Shown: positions 37,229 through 49,756, counted from the first letter of the stretch. The stretch is 64,000 nucleotides of DNA from the human T2T-CHM13v2.0 reference genome, Homo sapiens (GCF_009914755.1 NC_060938.1); one strand, 5' to 3'. A program made the numbers and translations. The notes: generated by a model from the letters alone, not told the origin.

Positions 37229-40213
37229 CCACAGGTGCCTCACCTCTACTCCCTGAAACCTCACTTCCCCTCATGGGCCTTCTGTCCGACTTGGGGTATC
37301 CCTAGCCGCCCTAGGCGCACACTGGACTCGAAACAGGGACGCCAGGGTCCCTGGGGCTCAACGCAAGGGTTCATGGGAATACACTTTCGTCCGTGGGGGA
37401 CCCAGTCCCCGGTTCTCGGCGGTGCAGTTCTTTTTTTTTTTCTCTGCCCCAGGTGCCTCACCTTCCCCTCATGGGCCTTCTGTCCACCTTGGGGTACCCC
37501 TAGCGGCCCGAGGCACACCCTGGGCTCGAACCAGGGATGCCAGGGTCCCCGGGGCACAGCGCAAGGGCTGATGGGGAGACACTTTCTTCCGTGGGGGACC
37601 CAGGCCCCGCTTCTCCGAGGCGTGTTTTTTTTTTTTTTCCTCTGCCCCAGGTGGGTCACCTTCCCCTCATGGGCCTTCTGCCCGCTTTGGGGAACACCTA
37701 GCGGCCCCAGGCAGGTGTTGGGCTCGAATAAGGGTCGCCGGGGACCCCGGGGCCCAGCGCAAGGGTCGATGGGAAGACACTTTCACTGGTGGGGGACCAA
37801 GGTCCCGCTTCTCCGCAGCGCGGTTTTTTTTTTTTTTTTTTCTGCCCCAGGTGATTCACCTTTCCCTCATGGGCCTTCTGCCCGCTTTGGGTAACCCCTA
37901 GCAGGCCAGAGGCGCACCCTGGATTCGAGCCAGGGATGACAGGGTCCCCGGGGCCCAGCGCAGGGGCTGATGAGAAGGCACTTTCGTCCGTGGGGGACCC
38001 TGGCCCTGCTTCTCTGTGGCGCGGTTTTTTTTTTTTTCTTTTCTGCCACAGGTGCCTTACCTCTCCTCCCTCAAACCTCACCTTCCCCTCATAGGCTTTC
38101 TGCCCACCATGGGGTACCCCAAGAGGCCTGAAGTGCACCCTGGTCTTGAACCAGGGATGCCAGGGTCCCCTGGGCCCAGCTCAGGGGCTGATGGGAAGAC
38201 ACTTTCGTCCGTGGGGGACACAGGCCCCGCTTCTCCGCGGCAGGGTTTGTTTTTTTTTTTTTCTCTGCCCCAGGGGCCTCACCTTCCCCTAATGAGCATT
38301 CTGCCCGCTTTGGGATACCCCTATTGGTCACGAGGCGCACCCTGGGCTCTACCCAGGGTCGCCAGGGTCCACGGGACCTAGCGCAGGGGCTGCTGGGAAG
38401 GCACTTTCGTCCCTTGGGGACCCAGGCCCCGCTTCTCCGCGGCGTGGTGTTTTTTTTTTTTTTTTTTCTGCCACAGTTGCTTCACCTCTCCTCCCTCAAA
38501 CCTCACCTTCCCCTCATGGGCGTTCTGTCAGACTTGGGGTACCCCTAGTGGCCAGACGCACACCCTGGGTTCGAAACTGGGACACCAGGTTCCCTGGGGC
38601 CCAGCGCAAGGGCTGATGGGAAGACACTTTCTTCCTTGGGGACCCAGGCTCTGCTTCTCTGCGGTGATTTTTTGTTGTTGTTCTTTTGTTTTGTTTTTTG
38701 CTTTTCCCCAGGTGCCTCACCTTTCCCTCATGGGCTTTCTGCCCGCCTTGAGATACCCCTAGCGGTCCAGAGGCGCACCCTGGTTTCGAGCCAGGGACGC
38801 TAGGGTCTCCGGGGCCCAGTGTAGGGCTGATGGGTAGGGACGTTGGTCTGTGGGGGACCCAGGCGCCACTTCTGGGCGCCGCAGTTTTTTATTTTTTTTC
38901 TCTGCCCCAGGTGTCTCACCTTTCCCTCATGGGCCTTCCGTCTGCCTTGGGGTACCCCTAGCAGGCCGAGGCGCACCCTGGGCTCGAGCCAGGGATACCA
39001 GGGTCCCCGGGGTGCAGCGCAAGCGCTGATGGGAAGACAGTTTCTTCTGTAGGGGACCCAGGCCCCGCTTATCTGCGGCGCGGTTGTTGGGTTTTTCTCT
39101 GCCCCAGGTGCATCACCTTCCCCTCATGGGCCTTCTGTCCGCTTTTCGGTACCCCTAGCGGCGCCTGAAGCGCACCCTGGTCTCGAACCAGGAACGCCAG
39201 GGTCCCCTGGGCCCAGCGCAAGGGCTAATGGGAAGACACTTTCGTCCGTTGGGGACCCAGGCTCCGCTTCTCCGTGGTGCGGTTTTTTTTTTTTTTTTTC
39301 TGCCCCGGGTGCCTCACCTCACCTTCCTCAAACCTCAACTGCCCCTCATGGGATTTCTGCCCGTCTTGGGGTACCCCTAGCGGGCCCAAGGCGCACCCGG
39401 GGCTCGAACCAGGGTCCACAGGGCCCAGCGCAGGGGTTGATGGGAAGGCATTTTCTTCCGTGGGGGACCCAGGCCCAGCTTCTCGTAGGCGCGGCTTTTT
39501 TTGTTGTTGTTGTTTTGTTTTGTTTTCTTTTCTTTTCTTTTCTGCCACAGATGCCTCACCTCTCCTCTCTCAAACGTTAACTTCCCATCATGGGCTTTCT
39601 GTCCGACTTGGGGTATTCCTAGCGGCCCAAGGCGCTCCCTTGACTCGAACCATGGACGCCAGGGTCGCCGGGGCCCAGCGCAGGGGCTGATGGGAAGGTA
39701 CCTTCGTCCGTGGGTACCCAGGCCCCGCTTCTCTAAGGTGCGTTTTTTTTTTTTCTCTCTGCCCCAGGTCCCTCACCTTCCCCTCATTGGCCTTCTGCCC
39801 TCCTTGGGGTACCCCTATCAGGCCCGAGGCACACCCTGTGCTCGAAACAGTGTTGCCAGTGTCCACGGGGCCCAGCGCAGGGGCTGATGGGAAGGCATTT
39901 TCGTGCATGGGGGACACAGGCCCCCCCTTCTCCGTGGCGCTTTTTTTTTTTTTTTTTTTTCCCTGCCACAGGTGCCTCACCTATCCTCCCTCAAACCTCA
40001 CCTTCCCCTCATGGGCCTTTTGTCCGCCTTGAGGTACCCCTAGCGGCCTGAGGCGCATCCTGGGGTGGAACCAGGGACGCCAGGGTCCACTGGGCCCAGC
40101 GAAGGGGCTGATGGGAAGGCACTTTCGTCTGTGAGGGACCCAGGCCCCACTCCTCTGCACGCGAGGTTTTTTTTTTTTTTTTTTTTTTTTTTTCTCTGCC
40201 CCAGGTGCCTCAC
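37229..40213. repeat. Tandem array of 14 CpG-rich ~197-240 bp units (gamma-satellite/GSATII-like)
   Basis: Units delimited by an oligo-T tract plus 'ctgcc(c/a)cag gtgcctcacc'; conserved 'ggggtacccc', 'ctcgaaccaggg', 'gctgatgggaag', 'gggggacccagg'; family name from recall. Confidence 0.9.
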
Positions 40214-40348
40214 CAGCTACTTGGGAGGCTGAGTCAGGAGAATTGCTTGAGTCTGGGAAACCGAGGTTGCAGTGAGTCAAGAGATCACAGCACTGCACTC
40301 CAGCCTGGACAAAAGAGTAAGAGTCCATCTTAAATAAATAAATAAAGA
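40212..40348 (+). mobile_element. Alu right monomer fused directly to the satellite
   Basis: 'ccagctacttgggaggctgag...cactccagcctggac...taaataaataaataaa'. Confidence 0.9.
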
Positions 40349-43300
40349 AACTAAAGACGTAATAGGCATCACTGAAAAAGTTGGAATTAGTTAATACAGG
40401 GAAACATTAGGATGAATGATATAAGAGAACTAAAATCAAAATGAAAATAAGTATGCTGACTCCTCACACTCTCTTTTATCTCCATGATGAAATAAATACA
40501 ATTTAAATACCAAGATATGATATACATATTAAATGAGTTTTGAGGAAGGACAGTAAAAAGTAACCATGCATCTTGTATTAATGAACCAGATAACCTATTA
40601 CATATGGTTTTAGCAGTAAGATTTGATAATATATGTATTTCATATTATTTCATAAGAAATATTTAAATTATACATGGATTTTTCTAGTGGCTACTTCATC
40701 TCCCACTTCTTTTCATAGTACTGACTAGATTTTAAATTACTGATCATAATGTGTCTTAGTTCACTGAGATGATAAATAGCAAAACATTTCGAATTTAAAT
40801 AAAGGAAAGAAATTTTAAGTTTGATTTTTCCACTAAGCTGATCTACCTTCCAATTAGATTATTTGAGATCTCACAAACAAAATAGTATCACAGCAGGACA
40901 TAACCTCAGGATTCCTTTTCACATCAAAGTTTTTTACTTTCAAAACTCCAACCTTTACACTATATTGATATAAACGGCGGCAAGACCCGTAGACGGGAGG
41001 TAATATTATAAATGTACAAATTCCTTATCTATATTTAGATTTATACTTTACATAAAGATGTTCCCAAAACAGAAATAATATTATTAGAAATACTAAAATT
41101 GAATTTCATCAATACCTAATTTAGATAATAATTATGAGAAAAAGCATGTATTACACTTCATTGTACCTTAAATTTTTCCCATACCTTCATTCACTAGATT
41201 CACCATCAATTCAAAATTAGATAACCCATGAAGGAGCTCATGTATATGTATATATACTGATGAAGCACTACTATGTTACTTTTGGAATAAAAATTAATGC
41301 TTATCTATATAACTTGCCCATTAAAATCCCCAAGCATGGCAATGTGTATAGTCAAAATAGCTACTAGAGTTCATTTTTAAATTCTTGTATATATAATTCT
41401 AAGATATAACAGTAAATTAGAGTCTGGCACATAAGGTTTTTTTAAATAAAAGAGAAGCTATAAGAATGCACATGAAATTACACTCATTAGAAGAGATTTA
41501 ATTTTTACATAAACTTGGATTTGCCACTAGTTAGATTTGAGTCCTCAAACATAAACTATATATAAATAAGGGTTGATGTCAATTAATATTATGCTAGACT
41601 TATGCCACGACAAAAGCATCATAAAATAATACCACTCTTTATGATATAAATTATGTAATTGCTAATAAATATTATTCTTCTGAATAATTTTACCCTAGTA
41701 ATTTTCTTCAACCTGACAGGGTTTCATGGACAATTCGAACCATGAGTATATGCAAATGATAAGGTCAGGATTCATATTTTACCTCAACTACATATTATAA
41801 TCACTATGCTATCTTGTTAAGAATTTTCTATTTATTGTCACAAAAGGCATTCCTTTATGGTATAACAACCTAAATGTCAGGGTTTTCTTTATTTATTGTA
41901 TAAATATCTATCTGCATTAGTTCTAAAAAATGTATTAGCACTTTAAGGGCAGAACCCAAATACTGTAATACATTTACACAGCACTGAGTACATCATGTAT
42001 AGTCTAAGTGTGTATAAAATACCAGCAATTGTACATGTAAAGAAAACTTACCAGACAGTTGTTTCCACTTGACTGTCATTGAGCTGCCAATTATCCAACT
42101 GGGGAAACAGTGGAAAAAGCACTTGAATCTGTCCAATTGAATGAATTGCACTATGAATTGAATGTGTTACTATCCCTTTCACATCCTATGTCTAAAAACA
42201 AAAATGTTTATTAAACTTCTATAGAATGATTTTCATCACTATTTCCTTGGTCCAAATACGTTTATAAGGGAATTAAATAACATAGTTGGAAATTTTTTAA
42301 GCCTTCAATTATAATTTTTATACACATGTAAGACAAAAAAGTGAGTACCTTTGCTAATCACTTTTAAATTTCAAATCTTAGGTCAACCTAAGATTTTTTT
42401 TTACACTAAAAATATGAAGTTAAAATCAAATGTTATTTTAAAATCAGAAATACTATTGATGGATTTAAAGACAAGTAATTTTAATGTTACAGAATATTAG
42501 TAATACAATCTTAAAGCAAAGTATGTTTTTATATCTAACAACTAACTGATTCAGTTAATTGATTTAATTTGAAAGGCTGTATAATATATAAGATAATAGG
42601 TATGACAGATTTCCTACTAAGGAGACAAGGCCAGGGTAGAGCATATTGCTACAGAAAAGATAGACATTCTTTAAAGTTTCACTTAAAAGATCTGCAAAAG
42701 CCAAAAAGAAACAAAAAGTCACAGATTTATAGATGAGCAATGTTTGATATATAAAATAAAAATATTGTTAAATTCTGACAAGAACATGAAAGCAAAGCCA
42801 TGATTCACCCACCGGAAGCATTAGAGCATGTTGGGAATGCACAAAAATTGATGCATCCTCTTTTGGTGATGATTCCAGGCAGAGTTGAGTATCAGTGGCC
42901 TTAGCAATTATATGTAAAGGCAATGCTACTTGCAAGTTTCCCATCATATAAAACCTGTTTATGATGTTCTGCCAAATGAATATCACTCTTAGATTTAAAC
43001 TTGAAGGTACTCTGAAAAAATAAAACTAAGTTAAACAGTGTTTTTAAAAGCAACAATTAAAAAGCCAAAGTTTTAAAGCAGAGAAACATTTGCAATAAGA
43101 AAGTACTTGTGTACCTTTCATGTGTCAGGGACTATTCAGTGGTGTTACTTACTTCGTTATAGTCACTTCAATTCAATGAGAGTTAAGTTTTATTATGCCA
43201 ATAAAGATGCTCAGATCTTCATTTTCTAATTTAAAGTTTTTGATTACTGGCAAAATCATTTCATTAGAAAAAAATATCAAACCTGATTTTATATATAATA

Positions 43301-44867
43301 GGATTGTACTTGACTACATCATAGCATAAGTTTAATTTTTCTTGTTAATACTTTAAAAAGTATTTATGTAAATAAACAGTGCCTGACACGTGAATTACTT
43401 ACAAAAAAGACTATCATTTGAGGCTATAAAAAGTTAATATGCAAAAATATTCATATCTTTACTAAAAAGCAAATCAACCTATGAAATACCAATGCTACTC
43501 AACAATAATATCACAATATACATACTAAACTCAGAAGATAAGTTTGTTAAAACATGTTATTACTTTTTATGAAAGACAACTAAACATATGCCATCTATAA
43601 CAAGAAAGGTATTGTTAGACGTGGTTAAAATTGCTCTGCAGATATGAGTCTAATAATGATAAATGATATTTAACCCTTGCAATCATCACATATCAATATT
43701 ACTATTACTTTCAACTTACAACTATGAAAGCTTAATGTTAAGAAATTAAGATTTAGAAGGGAAGGGGCCAGCATGTAATTCTAAGTCTTTTGATTTATAG
43801 TCCATATTCAATGTATCACTAGTGAAATCATATTAAAATCCTGACTCTGCCACTAATCTTTTTCAGCTTAGGAAGTCATTTAGCTGATGTGGCTCCAATT
43901 TTCTCACTCAATGTTATAATAGGGTTAAATCAAATGTCCCAAACTCAAGTTCTCACAGGAGGCACACAGATATGCATGTAAGCAAATTTGGCCAGATGGG
44001 GACTTCCTCAAACTAGAGAATGTTTGTCCTTTCTAAAAGTGGCCCCTACTCCTCAGTTCAAGTCAGTTGTTCAATGTTGCTAGTTCTTCCATATTTTTCA
44101 AGAGAAACATGAAATCCGAATTTTTATCTAAAAGCACTGTATTTTACAATTTAATTAAAACATTTTAACACTGTGAAGACCAATCATGTCAGTTTTTACT
44201 TCTGGACTAGTGTGTAGAGACTAATACAAAACTGGATGCAAACTATTAATTATTAGGCATGTGCCAAGACAAGAGCAACATGAATAATTAAAAATTTGCG
44301 TATGCTGTAGTCTGAAGTATTTCATTGATAATACTTTTTTTTTGAATGAGGAGGGTAGTGTTATCACTAGAATGCTTAAGAACTCAGCATATCTGCATTC
44401 AAAAAAACAATGACTGAATTAAAACACACAAGATATGTTGTTAAACACTAAATCAGCTTTCCGTGTCTGCATTTTACAAATGCTGAAACATTTGTACATC
44501 CCATTGTCTAGAACAAAACTCCTGCTTTCATTTTGTTCATCTTGCTTACACTGGAATTAACAAGTTTTAATATATTATCTTAAAGGATTTAAAATACCTT
44601 TGTGGAAATGTAAGATGTTTAATAAAACCTATTCTTATTTGGAAATACATTGGTCTTAGTTTTTCTGAGTCCATGATACATACCATACCCTATTTTGGTT
44701 TGTAGGAGGAAAACAAGTTTATGTAATGAAATCTAACACTTTCAGGTTAAAAAAGTGTATAATGTAATTTAAATATAAACATGGAATCCATTAAATAAAA
44801 ATAATTTTCTTATCTCCCCTTCTTTGTAGTATTAGGTTATTTCTATGTCTTTAAATTTATATATAAA

Positions 44868-45165
44868 GGCAGACGTGCACAATGGCACACACCTGTAATC
44901 TTAGCACTTTGAGAGGCCAAGGTGGGGGACCACTTGAGGCCAGGAGTTTGAGATCAACCTGGGCAACACAGAGAGAGACCCCATCTCTACCAAAAAATTA
45001 AAAATTAGCCGAGTGTGGTGTCACATGCCTGTAGTCCCAGCTCTTCAGGAGGTGAAGTGGAAGGATCACTGAGCCCAGGATTTTGAGGCCACAATGAGTC
45101 ATGATCATACCACTGCACTCCACCCTGGGTGACACAGTGAGACCCTGACTTTAAAAAACATTTAA
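44868..45165 (+). mobile_element. Alu (J-type)
   Basis: Dimeric Alu body. Confidence 0.88.
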
Positions 45166-45239
45166 AAAGAAAAAATTTTACATAAAAATATAAGCCTTTA
45201 TATAAATATCAATATTTATTGTATTATTTCTTTCAAAAG

Positions 45240-47610
45240 GGTTTTCAGAGGAAGAATTGTTATCTAAAACTGTATGAATAGGATACGGATGAGAATGAGG
45301 AGTGATTGCAAATAGGCAGGTAGGATCCTTCTGGGGTGATAGAAATGTTCTAAAATTAAATTGTAGTGATGTCTGCACAACTTTGTAAGTTTATAAAAAA
45401 TAATTGACTTGTACACTTAATGAGTTGTATGGCATGTAAATTACACTTCATTAAAACTGTTATAATTATTTTAAAAGAAGAAAAGAAGGTATGAATATAT
45501 TTTGTACCAATTATACTCAAATGAGTAGAGTATTATGCATGCTTTTCAATACGGACCACTTCAGCATAACAAAGAAGGTGGATGGAAGCAAAGTTATACT
45601 GAGCTAAGGAAATGACTCCAAGTGGTAACTGAATCCGCAGAAACAAATGAAGAGATTCATAAATGATAAATCAGAAGATCAATATAATAAAATCTACAAA
45701 CATATACTGTATCGCCTTTCTTCTCTCAGCTTCTTTAAAATACACAATTATAGGAAGTAATAATTATGTCATGTTGGGTTCGTAACATATACAGATACTA
45801 TATGTGTAACAATGTCACAAAAAACGGAGAAAACAAATAGAGCTATATAGAAGTAACATTTATATAACTCACTAGGATAAAATTAGTATAAATCTGAGGC
45901 TGATTCCAGTGAGTTAAGATGTATATGGTAAGCCCTAGTGCAATCACTAAGGAAATGTTTTTTTCAGTGAAAAAAAATTATTTAGAAATTGAAAATGCTA
46001 TATAAGAAAATAAGCACATAATCCAAAGAAAGTGGTAAAGAAGAAATAAAGAAATAAAAAGAACATGAGACACATAGCTAACAAAAAGTAAAATGACACA
46101 TGGAAACCTATCAATAATCACATTAAAGATCAATGAAATAACCAATCCAATCAAAAGGCAGAGATTGTCAGACTGGATAATAAAGTAAGATTCAATAACA
46201 TACTGTTTATAGAATATTCAAAGATAAAAACATATTTAAAGTAAATTAAATGGGAAAAATATCAATAAATCACAAGAAAGCTGGAATGGCTGTGCTAATA
46301 TCAGACAAAACAGACTTTAAAACAAGATATATTACTAGATATTAAAAAGACATTGGATAATGATAAAAGGGCCAATCATGAGGAGGATATAGCAATTGTA
46401 AACATATATGCACCTAACAGCAGAGTGTCAAAATACATGAAGCAACATCTGAAGAAATGAAGGGAGAAATAGACAAGTTAACAATAATAGTTGGGCACTT
46501 CAATACTCAACTTTCCATTCATAAAATCAAGAAGGAAACTGAAGACTTGAACAAAAACCAAACAGAACTAACAGACAACTCTAGAACACACCATCCCAAA
46601 GCAGCAGAATACACATTCTTCTAAAGTACACATAGCTGGGCTCAGTGGCTTATGCCTGTAATCCCAAGACTTTGGGAGGCTGAGGTAGGAGGATCACTTG
46701 AGGCCAGGAGTTCAAAACTAGCCTGAGCTAGCAAGACCCTGTCTCTGTAAAAAACTGAAAAATTAGTCAGACACAGTAGCTTGTGCCTATAGTCCCAGAT
46801 ACTCAGGAGGCTGAGGCAGGAGGATCACTTGAGCCCAGGAGTCTAAGGCTCCAGTGTGCTAGGACTGCACCACTGCACTCCAGCTTAGGTGACAGAAGGA
46901 GAGACCCTGTTTCCAAAAAATACGTACACACAAAACATTCTCCTGGATAGACCAAACTCAGGTCATAAAATAAACCTCAATAAATGTATGAAGACAGATA
47001 TAATACAAAGTATATGATCTGTCCAAACTGGAATGTTAGAAACCAATAATATATGGGAATTTGAGGAATTCACAAATATGTGGAAATAAACACATTCCTA
47101 AATAACCGATGTGTCAAAGAAGAAATAATCAAAAGGGAAATTACAAAATATTTTGAGATGAATAAAGGCACAAATACCAAAATATAAGCAGTTAAGGCAC
47201 TTAGAAACTTATACGTGTAAATGTTTGTATTTAAAAAGAGGACTTCAAATCAACAACTAAACCTCCCACCTTATGACCCTGGAAGCAAAAAAGCAAACTA
47301 AACATAAAACAAGCAGAAAGAAAAAAAAAAAAGAATTATAGAAGAACTTAATGAAATAGACAATAAGAAAACAACTGTGAAAACACAATAAAATCAAAAG
47401 CCAGTTCTTTGAAAAGATCAACACTACTAACAAGCCTGTACCTAGACTGATTAACATATTAATATTATTATCTCAACAGATACACAAAATGTCTTTGACA
47501 GAATCTAACACTTTTTATAAGAAGCATTGAACAAACTAGGAATAGAATGGAACTTCTAACTAGCGAAAAAAAAAAAGCATCTATAAAAAACCTACAGCCA
47601 ACAACATAGT
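45240..47610 (+). mobile_element. Old L1M fragments (3' end plus ORF2 endonuclease region) with an Alu at ~46634-46920
   Basis: 'aaaaggcagagattgtcagactggata', 'atatcagacaaaacagactttaa', 'gcagaatacacattcttc', 'gttctttgaaaagatcaac'. Confidence 0.8.
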
Positions 47611-49362
47611 GCAATTTGTTGCAGGATGTCAGAGCATAAGAAGGGTAGGAAGGGTAGGTAGGAGAGCTGCCCAGTTCATGAAGTCAGAATTCCAAAAAAG
47701 TGATAAGGCGTCTACCTGAAACAACAAGGAAGAGGCAAGTGGGTTGTGCTTTGACATAAAGTTTCTGAGTATGTGCAAGGTAAGGAAGGTTAGGTACACT
47801 AAAGGCTTCTCTGTGTAGAGATTCAGAGCCTGAAAAGGGTGAGAAGGCTTCTGCCTGGAGGAGAGGGCAAACCATCGGAGGCAGCTGGACCTAGAGTGGG
47901 GGTTGAAAATCATTCATTTGGTGTGTGGCTTGACATGTTGGAGCCTGGGCAGCCAGAGAAGGGCATCCTCACAGAGGGTTGCCTGGCTCAGTTTGTTGTA
48001 ACCTGAGGAAGATGAGAAATATGCACAAAGGGAAGCAACCAGGCAAGGGAAGGCACAACACCAGCAGGGCAGGGAGCACATTGCCTAAAGGAGTAAGCCA
48101 GGGTGGGGTGTCAAGAGTTCTAGAGAGAAGGTAGCATCTGAATAAGAGGGCTGCCCAGCAGGAGGTAAAGAAACCCGGGGCTCCAGAAGGATATAGGGAA
48201 GGCATCAGCTCAACAGCCTAGCTAAGTGTATTGTGCTAGAACTGAGGAAGGGTTAAGAGGGCATCCATGACGGAAGGTAACCGGAAAAGAAGCCAACACC
48301 TGCCTCAGGTTAAGAGGGCATCCATATGGAAAATGAAGGAAAGACTGAGAAGCTGTTTGATGCATTATAATGTAAACGCAGTAAACTGGATCTTTTTACT
48401 ATAAAATATACAACAAATAGCAAAATTTTAACGGGGTCTGAGAATTAAATGGTAGTAACAAATCATTGCTAATCTCTTGATTTTATGTTACAGAATAATT
48501 ATGTGAAAGAATGTTCTTGTTTGTAGCAACATAACATTCAGGAATGATGGAGCATCATGTCAGTAGTTACTCTCATAGTTCAGGAAAAAAACTGGCATAG
48601 TGCTTGTAGCTTTTCTGTAATTTTTATTTTACTTTTAAATTTAAAAATGAGAGAGAAATAAAGAAGGAGGTAAAGATTTAAGAGAAAGTGAAATAAAATA
48701 AGTGATTTAAGAGGAATATTAAAGATAAGCAAAGTAAATAAACATGCATAGTCAAGTCTCTGGAGAAGAAAACCAAAGCAAGGAAACAGAAGAAATTCTA
48801 AAAGTATAGTATAAGAACAATTTCTTAAAATATGAAAAGATGCAAACTACATTTGAAAGTGCACACCATATACCTGAGAAATTAACTCAGAACGACCAAC
48901 ACCAAGACATATCTACCAAAATTATTAGATTTAAGGAAAAAGAAAAAAAAGTCCTTTGAACATCTAACAAGACTGAGTGTCTTGTAATGGAGAAGATATT
49001 ACATTGTCAACAGACTTTCAATACTAATACCTCATGCCAGGGAAAAATTAGTAGCATATTTAAGACATCCAAAGAGAGAAAGAAAAGTCAAGGATTTTAT
49101 AGCCAGGCAAAATGACTTTCAAGTAAAAAATATAAAGCACCTTACAAACTAGTATCAAAATGCATTTCTCAAGAAATACTGTTTCCATGAACTCTTCCTG
49201 AGGAATCTACTACAGAAAGAGCTAAAACACAGCCAAAACACATCAATATAAGGAAATAATATGAGCCCTAAACACACAGGTACTTATAGGACTATGATTA
49301 AATAAGAGTTAAGAGAGAATGGTATGTAATAACTGTGTGTGCTCACAATGTAGATAAGACCT

Positions 49363-49756
49363 TGTATGAGCTTGCTGGGTCTGCTATGACAAAGTACCGG
49401 AGTCTGGATGGCTTAAATAAAAGTTGTTTATTTTCTCATAGTTCTGGAGGCTGTAAGTCTAACATATGCGTGTAAGCAGGGTTTTCTTCTGAAGACTCTC
49501 TCCTTGGTTTGAAGACAACCTAACTACCTTTTCTTCCCTGTGTCTTCACATGGTCTTTCTTTTGCATGTGTCTGAGTCCTAATTTCCTCCTCTTTATAAG
49601 GATACAGTTATACTGGATTAGGACCCAATAACCAAAATGACCTCACTTAATCTTAATTACCTCTTTAAAGACCCGTCTCCAAAAACAGTCACATTTCAGG
49701 CTACTGAGGGTGAGAATTTCAATGAATTTTAGGGGAACATAATTCACCTTGTAACA
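49363..49756 (-). mobile_element. MLT1-type MaLR LTR
   Basis: 'tgtatgagcttgctgggtctgctatgacaaagtacc...ttctcatagttctggaggct...ggggaacataattcaccttgtaaca'. Confidence 0.8.

Noticed and set aside
37500-37545. Intact tRNA gene in the satellite unit
   Set aside because: Only a T-arm (minus strand) and a D-loop-like word (plus strand) are present; there is no anticodon arm or acceptor stem
37181-37894. 237-aa ORF and other ORFs across the 200-bp array
   Set aside because: Translations of tandem units with poly-F/poly-K from homopolymers; frames break between copies
37960-38000. Hammerhead-ribozyme-like words in the 200-bp unit (ctgatga/ctgatgg, gtccgtg..ggac, and ggacgaaa on the minus strand)
   Set aside because: CUGANGA and GAAA lie on opposite strands, most copies read CTGATGG, and no GAAA follows the putative stem II, so the catalytic core cannot be assembled
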